Of a stretch of DNA of 64,000 nucleotides, positions 39,836 through 51,200 are shown in pieces; the first letter of the stretch is position 1; each line of letters starts with the position of its first letter. Source of the DNA: an uncultured Acidobacteriota bacterium (lineage in GTDB: Bacteria; Acidobacteriota; UBA6911); assembly GCA_963827655.1 (NCBI GenBank), contig CAWHCF010000038.1, positions 128,001 through 192,000 of the forward strand, in the 5' to 3' direction. Position numbers and translations under genes: made by a program. The notes under the pieces are model-generated. The model made no database searches. It was not told the DNA's origin and was given only the letters and a program-made list of their open reading frames with translations.

Positions 39836-39935
39836 TGCGATTCTCTTCCTTCTTGCCGTTAATCCTCATCTTACCTTACTTTCTGCGGACTGCCTGAATT
39901 GCCGTTGTGGTATAGGTAGGGTTACCGAGGTGCAT

Positions 39936-41550
39936 GTGGGGACCAATCGCCAGGCATGGATGCAATTGCTCGATAGCTATGTTCGCGACGAGCAAGTCCT
40001 GTTCCAGGGAGGAGGAGCGCAGAATATCGAGAAGCAGCATGCCAAGGGACGACTGACTGCCCGGGAGAGAATCCGCGCAGCTGATCGACCCGGGAACCGA
40101 GCTGCTCGAATTGGGACTCTTCGCCGCCTTCGAAATGTATCAGGAATGGAGCGGGGCGCCATCGGCAGGTGTCGTAACAGGGATCGCCCCGGTCGAGGGA
40201 CGCCTCTTCATGATCATCGCCAACGATGCCACGGTGAAGGCCGGGTCGTTTTTTCCGATGACGGTCAAAAAAGTTCTCAGGGCCCAGCGGGTCGCCATGG
40301 ACAACCGTCTTCCCCTGATTTACCTCGTGGATTCGGCCGGCGTTTTCCTGCCGCTGCAAGACGAGATCTTCCCCGATGAAGACGACTTCGGCCGGATTTT
40401 TCGCAACAATGCGCGTATTTCTGCGCTCGGAGTGCCGCAGGTCGCGGCCATCATGGGAAACTGTGTGGCCGGCGGCGCGTACCTTCCCGTCATGTCCGAC
40501 AAGATCTTGATGACCGAGGGGAGTGGTCTGTATATCGCCGGGCCATCGCTGGTCAAGGCGGCAATCGGTCAGGACTTGAAGAGCGAGGATCTGGGCGGGG
40601 CGCGGCTGCATGCGGCCTTGAGCGGCACCATTGATTTTCGCGAGCCCGACGATGCCACGTGCCTTCGCAGGATCCGGCACATCGCTTCCCTGATGGGGAA
40701 TCGACCGCGTGCCCCGTTTCATCGCGCCCCTCCTCGCGATCCGGCCCATTCCAGCGACGAACTCTACGACTTGATGCCGGTCCATCCCTCGCGCGAATAC
40801 GATATTCGTGACATCATCGGCCGGTTGGTTGACGGAAGCGAGTTTACCGAGTACAAGGCCGAGTTTGGAAGAACTCTGGTATGCGGTTATGCCCGCGTTG
40901 GGGGCTGGGCCGCCGGGATTGTGGCCAATCAGAAGACCCACATCCGGGAACCAGGGAGACCCTTCGAGGTTGGAGGGGTGATCTACACCGAAGCCGCAGA
41001 CAAGGCCGCCCGTTTCATCATGGATTGCAATGAAAACCTCGTCCCTCTGATTTTCCTTCACGACGTCAATGGCTTCATGGTCGGGCGAGATGCCGAGATT
41101 TCCGGGATCATCAAATCGGGCGCCAAGATGGTCAATGTGGTGTCGAACAGCGTCGTGCCCAAGATTACCTTGATACTGGGTGGAAGTTATGGCGCCGGAC
41201 ATTACGCCTTGTGTGGCAAGGCCTACGATCCCCGGTTTGTTTTCGCCTGGCCTACGGCCCGTTATGCGGTCATGGCCGGCGCCTCGGCCGCCCGCACCCT
41301 GGCTGACGTCCGCGTGCGACAGGAGGAGAAAGCAGGGAAAAAACTGTCGGTCGAGGAACGGGACAAGATACTTCGAAGTGTCGAAGCGCAGTATGACTCC
41401 ACCCTGGACCCGCGTTACGCTGCCTCCAGGCTCTGGATTGACAAGATTCTCTTTCCGGCCGAGACCCGCGATGCGCTGATTCTGGCGCTCGACGTTGCGT
41501 CCCACAATCCGGAAGTTGAGCCCTTCCGCACGGGAGTCTTGCAAGTGTGA
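39936..41550 (+). CDS. Acyl-CoA carboxylase carboxyltransferase (methylcrotonyl-CoA carboxylase beta-like; indel ~40075)
   Basis: QHAKGRLTARERI, ANDATVKAG, LVDSAG, GGSYGAG. Confidence 0.92.
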
Positions 41551-41616
41551 CGTGGTGACCGTTGGTGTTTCTTCGTGTCTTTGTGCCCTCGTGGTATTTG
41601 TTTTGCAGCTCGCCTG

Positions 41617-42978
41617 CTATTTCCTGAAGACGCGTTGAGCCGCAAGCCAGACGACGCCCGGCAAGGCGAAGTAGATTCCGAGCAGACTTGCCACGGTTCT
41701 CGGACTGAATCCCACGACGTCGAGCCAGTATCCGGTGAAATAGTTGGATAATGCAATTCCAAGGGTCAGAAGGGCAAACTCAGCGGCGAACACCCGACCA
41801 CGAAATTCGTCGGGAACCTCGAGTTGAAGCATCACGGTCGAAAAAACCCAGGTGACGCTCCCTCCCATGTGAGCGAATATCAGGGCCAGGGCGGCTAAAG
41901 GAAGCGAGGGCGCCTGGCCGAACGACAGATAAAACAGACTCCCCATAAAGAATCCGACTGCGATCGCGTTTCTCATCGAAGCGGGCCTTTCTCCTGCCAA
42001 CCGCCGGGCTGCGATCGGGCCCAATGCGGTTCCAAATCCGCGAGAGGCATAGAGCACCCCTATTCCTGCGGCCCCGCTTCCCATGACCGGGAAGATCTTT
42101 TCCCCGAAAACGCTCAGCACGAGCAGAATCCCCCCGCCCAAACCCCAGCCCATTTTGACCAGGAGCAGGGCCAAGACGGGGGGATGAGCTAGCAGGTAGC
42201 GGAATCCATCCTGAATATCCCGCGTGGTCGCTTGGACCAACCCCATTCCTGTTGCTGGGCGCCGTTCCGCTGCGCCGGGACGGGTTGGATTGCTCACGCG
42301 GCTGATGAAAAGCGCGGAGATGACGAAGGAAACCGAGTTGAGGACATAGCAAACCTGGCGCCCGAAGATTGCAGCTACAAACCCGCCTACAGCAGCCCCG
42401 ATGGTTAACATTGCCGACCATGTGGCACTGCTGATGGCGTTAGCCGCTACCAGCTCGCGCGGGCGGCATATACTTGGCACCAGCGCAGTCCGGGCCGGCT
42501 CGAATACCGTCAGGATGGCAACTTCGAGCGTAGCCGTCAGGTAGACGATCCATATCTGATGCGCCTGATGAACCAGGAGGTAGCCGAGCACCAGGACCGC
42601 TCTTAGAGCGTCCATCCAGATCATCAAACGCTTCCGGTCGAGCCGGTCGATCAGGAGGCCGGCGACAGGCCCCACTATTACCGAAGGCAGATGGATGATG
42701 ATGAGGAACCAGCCTACCGACTGGGCACGATTCGTCAGCTGCAGGAGCAGATTGAAGAGAGCGATGATGCTGAACCAGTCGCCCAGCTCGCTGACGACCT
42801 GCCCCAACCACAGATTGCGGAAGTCTCGATTCGAACGCAGGAGCTCCAGGTACCCCACCCGGCCATTCGATTGCGGATTGTTTCGATTGCGGATTGCGGA
42901 TTTCAGATTGCGGATTGTTCCGATTGCCGATTTCCTCTTTTGGAATTCGAGAACCCATCCATGCTCCGTCTTTTTCAA
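41617..42978 (-). CDS. MFS transporter (true start may be GTG ~42858)
   Basis: FRNLWLGQVVSELGDW, DRLDRKRLM, 12 TM. Confidence 0.9.
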   Translation of the reverse strand: MKKTEHGWVLEFQKRKSAIGTIRNLKSAIRNRNNPQSNGRVGYLELLRSNRDFRNLWLGQVVSELGDWFSIIALFNLLLQLTNRAQSVGWFLIIIHLPSVIVGPVAGLLIDRLDRKRLMIWMDALRAVLVLGYLLVHQAHQIWIVYLTATLEVAILTVFEPARTALVPSICRPRELVAANAISSATWSAMLTIGAAVGGFVAAIFGRQVCYVLNSVSFVISALFISRVSNPTRPGAAERRPATGMGLVQATTRDIQDGFRYLLAHPPVLALLLVKMGWGLGGGILLVLSVFGEKIFPVMGSGAAGIGVLYASRGFGTALGPIAARRLAGERPASMRNAIAVGFFMGSLFYLSFGQAPSLPLAALALIFAHMGGSVTWVFSTVMLQLEVPDEFRGRVFAAEFALLTLGIALSNYFTGYWLDVVGFSPRTVASLLGIYFALPGVVWLAAQRVFRK

Positions 42979-43120
42979 ATCCGTCGTCCGAAATCGGTAT
43001 AATCTCCAGTTGCCTGCGATTGCAGGGTGATCCGATTGAGGATTATCTCCTCTGAAATTCGAGAATCTATCGATGTACGGTTTTTTTCAATCTGCAATCC
43101 GCAATCTGCAATCTGCAATC
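42870..43120. repeat. Head-to-head (GATTGCG)n / (GCAATCT)n heptamer cassette
   Basis: gattgcggattg...gattgccgattt 42870-42933 and caatctgcaatccgcaatctgcaatctgcaatc 43088-43120. Confidence 0.85.
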
Positions 43121-43136
43121 GAGAGGGGGGGCTTCA

Positions 43137-44174
43137 ATGAGATGCTTGCTTTCTGCCGTTATTCTTTCGCTTTTTGTTCTGGGTTTTGCCTCGAGCGATA
43201 CTGTTGAACCTCTTCCTGGTGAAAAACACCTCGCGAACATTCGACAGTTGACTTCTGGAGGAGAAAACGCGGAAGCCTACTTTTCCTTCGATCAAGCCAG
43301 GCTGATCTTTCAGTCCACGCGCCCTCCGTACGGTTGTGACCAGATTTTTACCATGAAGCTTGATGGAAGCAATACCCGCCTGGTGTCTACCGGCAAAGGG
43401 AGGACCACCTGCGGATATTTTTTGCCCGGCGACACCCACATACTCTTTTCCTCCACCCACGAAGGGAGTCCGGATTGCCCGCCCAGGCCCGACATGAGCC
43501 GGGGTTACGTGTGGGCGCTTTACCAGGATTTCGACATCTATACCGCAAAGGCCGATGGGAGCGAACTCAAGCCGCTCACGCGAACTCCAGGCTATGACGC
43601 GGAAGCGACAGTATCCCCCGATGGTAAACGGATCGTGTTTACCTCAGTGCGCGACGGGGATCTCGAGCTTTATTCGATGACGGTCGACGGGAAAGATGTC
43701 CGTCGGCTGACCAACGAGAAAGGATATGACGGAGGCGCGTTCTACTCGCCCGACAGCCGGCAGATTGTCTATCGCGCTCATCATCCTTCGCAGCCGAAAG
43801 ATGTCGAGCGGTACGAAAAACTTCTGCTTCAGGCGTTGATCGAACCTCGAGCGCTGGAAATCATGGTCATGGCCGCTGACGGTTCCAATAAGCGGCAGGT
43901 TACCTCCAACGGAAAAGCAAATTTTGCTCCTTATTTTCATCCTGACGGCAAGCACATCATCTTCGCCTCAAATCTACATGACCCGGGCGGCCGAAACTTC
44001 GATATCTACCTGGTGGGTGTGGACGGCAGCGGGCTCGAGCGAGTGACATTTAACGATACATTTGACGGGTTTCCGATCTTCAGTAAAGACGGATCGAAAC
44101 TGGTCTTCGCTTCCAACCGTGGCAGCAAGCAGGCCGGCGAAACCAACATTTTTATCGCCGACTGGAAACCGTAA
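43137..44174 (+). CDS. TolB-like PD40 beta-propeller protein, exported
   Basis: GENAEAYFS, SPDGKRIVFTS repeats, signal peptide. Confidence 0.9.
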   Translation: MRCLLSAVILSLFVLGFASSDTVEPLPGEKHLANIRQLTSGGENAEAYFSFDQARLIFQSTRPPYGCDQIFTMKLDGSNTRLVSTGKGRTTCGYFLPGDTHILFSSTHEGSPDCPPRPDMSRGYVWALYQDFDIYTAKADGSELKPLTRTPGYDAEATVSPDGKRIVFTSVRDGDLELYSMTVDGKDVRRLTNEKGYDGGAFYSPDSRQIVYRAHHPSQPKDVERYEKLLLQALIEPRALEIMVMAADGSNKRQVTSNGKANFAPYFHPDGKHIIFASNLHDPGGRNFDIYLVGVDGSGLERVTFNDTFDGFPIFSKDGSKLVFASNRGSKQAGETNIFIADWKP

Positions 44175-44281
44175 CGATTGACGATTTACGATTGACGATT
44201 GACGATTGCAACTCCGGCACGGTATTTCAATCGCGATTGAATGCGCAGGATCGTCAATCGTCAATCGTCAATCGTAAATCG
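44175..44281. repeat. Inverted (GATTGAC)n / (GTCAATC)n heptamer cassette between convergent genes
   Basis: cgattgacgatttacgattgacgattgacgattg ... atcgtcaatcgtcaatcgtcaatcgtaaatc. Confidence 0.9.
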
Positions 44282-45062
44282 GAAGTCGGCTTTGCATCAT
44301 TCGTTTGGCGGCCTTCGTAACCAGGTTGCGCGGCGCCAGCCAGGTGCCAAAAACCTGAAGCTTATTGCCCCATCCGGTGATACTGATCCGCTTTCCACGC
44401 TCGAAATCTTCCAGCCCGATACGCACACATTCTTCGGCGGTCATTGCAATCCGCGTCCGCATGGCGTCCTGCCTTACGCCGGCTACGGCCTGGAACTCAC
44501 TCTCGGTGGGACCAGGACAGAGCGCCATCACCCGAACGCCGTGAGGGGCGAGTTCTTCGGCGAGCCCTTCGGTGAAGCTCAAGACATAGGCTTTGGTTGC
44601 AGAGTAGACATTCAGGTAGGGAACCGCCTGGAAGGCCGCGGTGGAAGCGACGTTGATGAGACCCCCGGATCGCTTCCGGCTCATTATTCTGGCGGCTGAA
44701 TGGGAAATCTCAGTCAAAGCCGTGATATTCAGCCCGATCATGCCGGTTAGTCGCTCCAGGGGGCCGGTCCAGGTCGGGCCTATCAGGCCGAACCCAGCGT
44801 TGTTCACGGCAAGGGCAAGCCGGTCTTCGGATGCCTCCATCCGCGACGTCAGCGTTTTTCGTTCAGCCGGCAGCGTCAGATCAAGCGCCAGCACGTCGGC
44901 TTGTTTACCCATCGTCGAGTCTATCTCGGAGGCCAGGGCGCGCAGCCTGTCCGCCCGTCGCGCTACCAGCAACAGGTCATAACCGCGCCCGGCGAGTTGC
45001 CTGGCTAATTCCCAACCGATACCTGATGAAGCGCCCGTCACGACTGCAAGCTTTTTAGACAT
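44268..45062 (-). CDS. Short-chain dehydrogenase/reductase
   Basis: TGASSGIG, NNAG, YSATK. Confidence 0.93.
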   Translation of the reverse strand: MSKKLAVVTGASSGIGWELARQLAGRGYDLLLVARRADRLRALASEIDSTMGKQADVLALDLTLPAERKTLTSRMEASEDRLALAVNNAGFGLIGPTWTGPLERLTGMIGLNITALTEISHSAARIMSRKRSGGLINVASTAAFQAVPYLNVYSATKAYVLSFTEGLAEELAPHGVRVMALCPGPTESEFQAVAGVRQDAMRTRIAMTAEECVRIGLEDFERGKRISITGWGNKLQVFGTWLAPRNLVTKAAKRMMQSRLPIYD

Positions 45063-45115
45063 GGACTCAGGATTAAACGCTAGACACGAAGACGCAAAGG
45101 AAATTTTGCGGTTGT

Positions 45116-45571
45116 TCAGAATGGTTTCCAGAGCGAGAAAATGATCACGAACAGAAATGAGAGCAGGGTGACGGAGCCGATCACACTATGGTTTGCTTTC
45201 AGCGAGCTGAGGCGATCGCTGTCCTGGCTGCCGCACTGATCTCTCAAGGTCGAGATGTGAGTAGCGTTGCGAGACATCAGATGAGTGGCCAGCGCTATCC
45301 AGAAAACGAACAGAATCTTGAACTGCAGCCATCCTTGATCGAGCAAGTCCGGATCAATCAACCAGACCAGGACGACTCCGGTCACGATCGACAGGTAAAT
45401 GCCCGGTTTTTGGATAAGCGTCAGGATTGAGCCGGCGCAGCGCTCGGCCCCGACCCGTTCTCGCAAATCCTCGGACTTCCGGTATCTTGCCAGCAGGACG
45501 AGCTGGCAAAGCAGTCCACCCATTCCCAGGGCCAATCCGATAAGGTGCAACATCAGCACAAGTCGAATCAA
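45116..45571 (-). CDS. Small 4-TM membrane protein (DUF2269/CopD-like)
   Basis: LHLIG in TM1, W..FK in TM3, C-terminal WKPF. Confidence 0.75.
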   Translation of the reverse strand: MIRLVLMLHLIGLALGMGGLLCQLVLLARYRKSEDLRERVGAERCAGSILTLIQKPGIYLSIVTGVVLVWLIDPDLLDQGWLQFKILFVFWIALATHLMSRNATHISTLRDQCGSQDSDRLSSLKANHSVIGSVTLLSFLFVIIFSLWKPF

Positions 45572-45720
45572 ACCGACACCGTTGGAATTGACGATTTACG
45601 ATTTACGATTGACGATTGAACCTACATGGATCCATGGTTAGCTGGCAATCGTCAATCGAGATAGCTGATGCCGGAAAACTCCGATAATATAGCCTCGCGT
45701 TCTGCCCGTCATAGTGGAGT
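45390..45720. repeat. Left copy of ~331-bp direct repeat bounding the island
   Basis: Near-identical to 59210-59541 (two small indels and one substitution seen by eye). Confidence 0.95.
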
Positions 45721-47033
45721 GTCCCTACCAACAATTCCGTCCAGACGGAGAATATTGCACTTATAGATTTGGCCTGTTAGGCTCCCGATCTATGTGCCGC
45801 GTAGTTCGGACTACTCTCGTTGAGCTCGACCCTACAATTCGGCTTCCGCAGCCGAGCTACACTGTTGGCGGAGATCCTGGCCCTGCGACAGCAGATCAAC
45901 GTCCTCAGACGCTCCGTTCCCAACCGTCCCAGACTTCGACCATCGGACCGACTTTTCTGGACATGGCTGTTGCGCGTCTGGCCCGACTGGCGCTCCGCTC
46001 TTGTCCTCGTGAAACCGGAAACAGTCGTCGCATGGCATCGCAAAGGTTTCCGATTCTTTTGGACCTGGAAAAGCCGGCATGGGCGAGCCGGGAGACCTTC
46101 GATTCCCAAGGACGTCCGCGAGCTGATCCGCAGCATGAGCAAAGCCAATCCGCTTTGGGGAGCTCCGCGGGTTCATGGAGAAATCCTCAAACTCGGAATC
46201 GAGCTCTCGCAGGCGACCGTCGCCAAGTACATGGGCCGGCGTCCAAAGCCACCCTCGCAAACCTGGCGCACGTTCCTCAAAAATCACAGCAAAGAAATCG
46301 TTTCGATCGACTTCTTCACGGTTCCGACCATTACGTTCCGCATTCTCTACGTCTTCCTCGTCCTGGCTCACGACCGGCGGAAGGTGCTCCACTTCAACGT
46401 TACCGCTCATCCAACCTCAGAATGGGTTTCACAGCAGCTTGTTCAAGCCTTTCCATGGGACACGGCGCCACGATATCTCGTGCGCGACCGCGATGCGATC
46501 TACGGTGAGCGCGTGCGAGGGCAGTTGAAGGACATGGGAGTCAAAGAAGTCCTTACTGCCCCTCGATCGCCATGGCAATCTCCTTATGTCGAGCGCCTGA
46601 TCGGATCCATCCGACGCGAATGCCTCGATCACATCGTCGTGATCAGCGAAACCTCGCTCCGCAGAACACTACGCTCCTATTTCGCTTACTATCACAGAAG
46701 CCGCATTCACCTCGCACTGAATAAAGACGCACCAGACCCACGCCCAATATACCCTCCCGAACTTGGCACTGTCGTCGCGCTCCCAGAGGTCGGCGGCCTT
46801 CACCATCGATACGAAAGAAGAGTTGCCTGACACAGGGAACCGGGCTCTACTTCTTTCGCAAGGTTCCGAGCCAGCCGTGTGCCCGCTGTGCCAATTGATG
46901 CTGAATGCTCGCCTTGAAAATGCCCTCCGAGGGACCAAAATCGTGCCGCGTCCGAATCCCCAACTTCCCCCTCCGGCGATAACTGGGCGAAACGACCCCC
47001 GAGCCCTCTTGGTCGGAGTTTTTGGTAGGGACT
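45720..47033 (+). mobile_element. IS481/IS3-like insertion sequence with rve integrase-core transposase
   Basis: Left end TGTCCCTACCAACAATTCCG; right end CGGAGTTTTTGGTAGGGACT (17/20 inverted match); no TSD visible. Confidence 0.8.
45820..46830 (+). CDS. Integrase-core (DDE) transposase
   Basis: NPLWGAPRVHGE, SIDFF, RDRD, SPWQSPYVERLIGSIRRECLD. Confidence 0.92.
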   Translation: MSSTLQFGFRSRATLLAEILALRQQINVLRRSVPNRPRLRPSDRLFWTWLLRVWPDWRSALVLVKPETVVAWHRKGFRFFWTWKSRHGRAGRPSIPKDVRELIRSMSKANPLWGAPRVHGEILKLGIELSQATVAKYMGRRPKPPSQTWRTFLKNHSKEIVSIDFFTVPTITFRILYVFLVLAHDRRKVLHFNVTAHPTSEWVSQQLVQAFPWDTAPRYLVRDRDAIYGERVRGQLKDMGVKEVLTAPRSPWQSPYVERLIGSIRRECLDHIVVISETSLRRTLRSYFAYYHRSRIHLALNKDAPDPRPIYPPELGTVVALPEVGGLHHRYERRVA

Positions 47034-47460
47034 GGCACCTGATGCTGGCCGCGATCGGGGACGTGGGCCGTGACGGCATCGATCCATTCGAGCGGGTCGA
47101 AGATGCGGACCGTGGCGCCGGTGCGGGGATCCGGGGGGCGTTTGGATCTCGAAACGGCCGTCCTCGCGCCGGCGGATACTGTCGATCGCAAGCGCCGGGC
47201 GAGAGATGTAACGCGCGACGCGCTCGAGGCCTTGTCGGTCTTCGGTGGGAATAATATCGCCGGCGAAGACGGAAAAGCCCGGATGCACCCACCCGAGCAG
47301 GTTGTGCATGAAGCGCTCCGATAGGCGCTCTTGGGCGTGAAGGCGGCGGAGCAGGAGGCGGCGAAAGATCTCGCCTACGGCTGCCGTGTCGACCGAGGGC
47401 AACTCGAAGAACTCTCCTGCCCGAGTAAAGACTCCATCGGAAACAAGCAGGTGCAGGTGG
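47034..47460 (-). pseudogene. IS91-family (Y2) transposase, C-terminal fragment
   Basis: HLHLLVSDGVF, HPGFSV, RVARYISRP, FDPLEWI..VTAHVPDRGQH. Confidence 0.85.
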
Positions 47461-48237
47461 CGCAGGCGTTCACGAGTCCTGTACCTCGACCATGTCGAGG
47501 GTGATGGGCGGCTGCTGTTCGAGCAAACAGGTGTCAAGGTGATATTGTTGCTATCATGAGCCGAACGGGCTATCGTTCGACGCGAATCGTCCTCACGTTG
47601 ATTGTGGGCTAGGAACGTCGCGGGTTCCCCACTATCGATAGCGCGTCCGCCTATCTCGAAACAGGACTCCAGTTCGGCTCGCCGTCACCGGTCGTGGTCT
47701 ACGGACCATCACGAGCGTTTCCCATGCTGCACAACCGAATCAAGGCTTTACGCGTCGTTGCAGCACTGACGGTGCTGGTGCAAGCTTTCTGCTCGGCCGG
47801 TTTCGGTGCGATGTGTAGTCGCGAAGCTTCCCTTGAAAATTCCACCTGAGCCCGCCCTATCCTCCATCAGCCGTTCAAGCAAATTCCTATTGGTTTTATG
47901 ACTGTGATCTCTTCCGTGACGGCATATGTGATGCCTAAGCGCGATAGTTCGGCCTGCGTAGCTCGATAGCACGCCGATCTTAAACGCTCGTTAGCGTTAT
48001 CGCTCACGCGTTGTTTCCGAGTGTTTGCGATTCTTCTGCCGATCGAAAACGGTGCTGGGCTTACACGATCCATTTATTTTTTCTTTCAATCAGCAGTAAA
48101 AAGCATCTACCATGGTTCAATCCAGAATCTCTGAGAAACAGCCCTCACGAGGCCCATATTTACGTTTACCGTAAGTCTCGTCCCCGTTAGGCTTAGCAGT
48201 TTAGGTCAATCTGATGTGAGTCTCATGGAGAATAGAA

Positions 48238-51200
48238 ATGAAATTTGACTTCACTTCGGAAATCGGCCGTTCACGGATTGCATGGTCCGGCATCGGCTTT
48301 TTCGCGCTGGCGTTCCTTCTGGTGCCCTCGGTGGCGCTGGCTGAGAACGTGGTTATTCCGCAGGGCGTGACCGGGACGCTAATCCTAACGTTCAAGGAAA
48401 CCAATGGCGCGGCGTGTGAACGAGTTCGGTGTTATCAGGCGCGAAGGCCTGTCAATTGTCTACCAGAGGTTGATGGACACATCACCGAGTCGGTCCCCCG
48501 CGTCTTAGACTTCAATCCCCAGGTCCGCGGGGGCGAGACATTTGAGTTTTATATCCAAACCAACAAGCTTTTCATTCCGGATGTCACGCCGGCCACCTAC
48601 TCAAGTGACCCTAAGCAAAATGCAACTATTGATCCCGGCCTCCTGGACCACATTCAGCAGCCTCAGCAGCAATCGAACAATGTCTGGCTATTGCGTTGGG
48701 AGGATAAGAAGAGCTCGGATCCAGGCTTTGACAAGGACTTCGACGACCTGGTCGTGACCGTGCAGGTCCTACCGGCCCGCTGCGACAACGTGACGATTCC
48801 CTGCCCCGGCATCAACGATGTAACCTCGAATCATAATGCGACCCGCGTCGCCCCCGTGCTAGAACGCCGCTCTCGACCGCATCGAGCTGGCGATCGGTCC
48901 GTCTACGAAAACCAGCCAGAGCTTCCTAGTGCCGAAGGGGATAACGTCGTGCACCGGGTCTTCCGTGGATAACCTGCGGTTCAGCTTCATGCAGGAGAGC
49001 ATCGACTATCAGACAATGGTGCGGCCTCAAGTCGAAGGCTGCGCATCGTGCGGTGCCGTCCGAGGCGGGAACGTGGGTGGGCTCCCAGAGTTGACGATTC
49101 GCCGCTACCACCGACCGCGGGAGACGGCGGTCTGGTCCTCATTCGGACCGGGGGTGTTCAGCAACTTTGATACGAAAATCGAGCTCATCACCATGGGACT
49201 GGGCAACCAACCTAATGTCCGTCTCTTCGACGCCACCACCGATACCCCACTACTTACGTTTTTCGAGCTGAGCCCCGAGGATGGCGATGTGGCAGAGGAT
49301 GGTGTGTACCACGAGACCGCGACCCGAATCTGGAAGGCGCTGGAGCTGTTTAGCGACAGGGAGAGGCGCATACGCACGAGCAGCCAGAGCAATGCCGTGA
49401 CCGCGGTCCTGACCGCGCACACGGGCGAGCGACTGGTGTTTGAAGTCATCCGCATACAGCCTGCGGACCCCGCACTCTACGGCCGACTGATACGCCTCGA
49501 GGACCCAAACCAGAACGCCGTGATTGTTAGCTATGTGTACGGAGCTCAGGCCTCGAACCCGGCACCTGGAACGCGGTTATGGCAGATCCATACGATCACG
49601 GATGCTTATGGGATATCCGCGCGGTTCCATTATCGCGACGCATTAGTGGGGGGCCGCTGGGCGGTCAACCGGATTGAGCTCCCAACTGACGGACAGCTCC
49701 GACAGCTCCAATACCTGTATAGACAGGAGCTGCCCGCTCAGGTGGACGAAGGACCTTTCCTACAGGAGGTAATCCATCCCGACGGCACACGATCGCGTTT
49801 CACATTGCGCTTCGACCCGGCCACGAAGCTCGTGGCGCTGGGGTTCGATGACAGCGCCGAAGGTCCCGGACAAGCGCGGAAAGAGGTTTTTGTCACCCCG
49901 AGCCAGGCCTGTCCAATGGGACTAGCGTGAGCCAAACGCCGCACCTCGTCCGACTCATAGTCAACGGCGATGGCGAATTGGTTTACCGAAATTGGGAGGA
50001 CCCGGCCGACCCGCGCATCATCTATGTCTACGAGGGCGGGGTGCTGCATCGTCTGACGACACGCGATGATGGGTTTCCGGTTGCCTATGCTCGCGCGGTG
50101 TCCTACCGTGTGGATCGGGATCCGCGCAGCGCAACGTTCGAGACCATCGAGACGTACGACGCCAACTTGCAGCAGATGCTGGAGGAGCGGAAGGATGCGC
50201 TGGGACGCGTAGAGAAACTCACTCGTGATGACGCGAGCCGTGCTGTTAAGGGTCTGACGTTCTCTGCCGATAGCTCGACAGTTGTCGCCACGTACAACGC
50301 GTTCCGCAAACCGGAGAAGGTGACCGATCGATTGAAAAGAATTAATACATAATACCTATGACATCCGCGGCAATGTCCTGAGCAGAAACCGTCGCCCTAG
50401 GGACCCCGGACCAGGCGACGTGGCGGCGGGGGTACAACCCCAGCCGGGGCCAGCTGACATTTTTGACGGACGCCAATGGCAACAGCACCGAGTATAGGTA
50501 CGACCGGACGGGCCGGCTTGAATCTCAGATCGAACCGGCCCACGGCCCCGGTGAGCCAAAGGCGACTACAACCTTCGCATACGATTCCCGTAGGCCGCCT
50601 CATGTCGCGGAAGGACGCGGAAGGGCGAACGATCAGCTTCAAGTATGATCTCCGGAACAGGGTGATTTCGATTCACTACCCCGACGGCAGCGCGGAAAGC
50701 TTCGACTATGGCCAGGACAAAATGGTTGGGGGGAATTGCGGCCATCAGCCCGCCAACCTGCTCATCGCGTATACCGATCGCAATGGCAATGTGCAACGGT
50801 TCGAATACGACCGGACGAAGCGGCTCTGCGCCAAGATCATGGCTGCAGGAAGACCCGAAGAGGTGCGCGATCTTTACACATATGTTCCGGGGACGTCGCT
50901 GGTTAAGACCACGGTGCAGCGGGGTGAGCAAACCGACTATGAACGGGACGGGCGCAATCGGCTCACAGCCACTGTCGTACATATTTCTGGAGGCCGAGCC
51001 CTGAGAACCTCGACAATCTATGATGTGCTCGACCGCGTAGTCCAAAGCACGGACCCTTACGGCCGTTCGGTCTTGTTCGTTTACGACGTGAACGATCGCC
51101 TGAAGCGCACGATTACCGAGCTTGTCCCTAGGGGCGTTCCACAGGCAGCGAATCTAGAGATGCTGCCGCGCGATCAAAGCCTAAACCCGCCGTACGTCAT

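Noticed and set aside
47876-47892. AAGCAAATTCCTAT (and GGATAGGATATCT at ~54730) as IS91-like termini
   Set aside because: Short resemblance from memory only; not contiguous with a transposase fragment.
47933-47997. Second attC (GCCTAAG...GTTAGCG)
   Set aside because: R'' is imperfect and no convincing L boxes are present.
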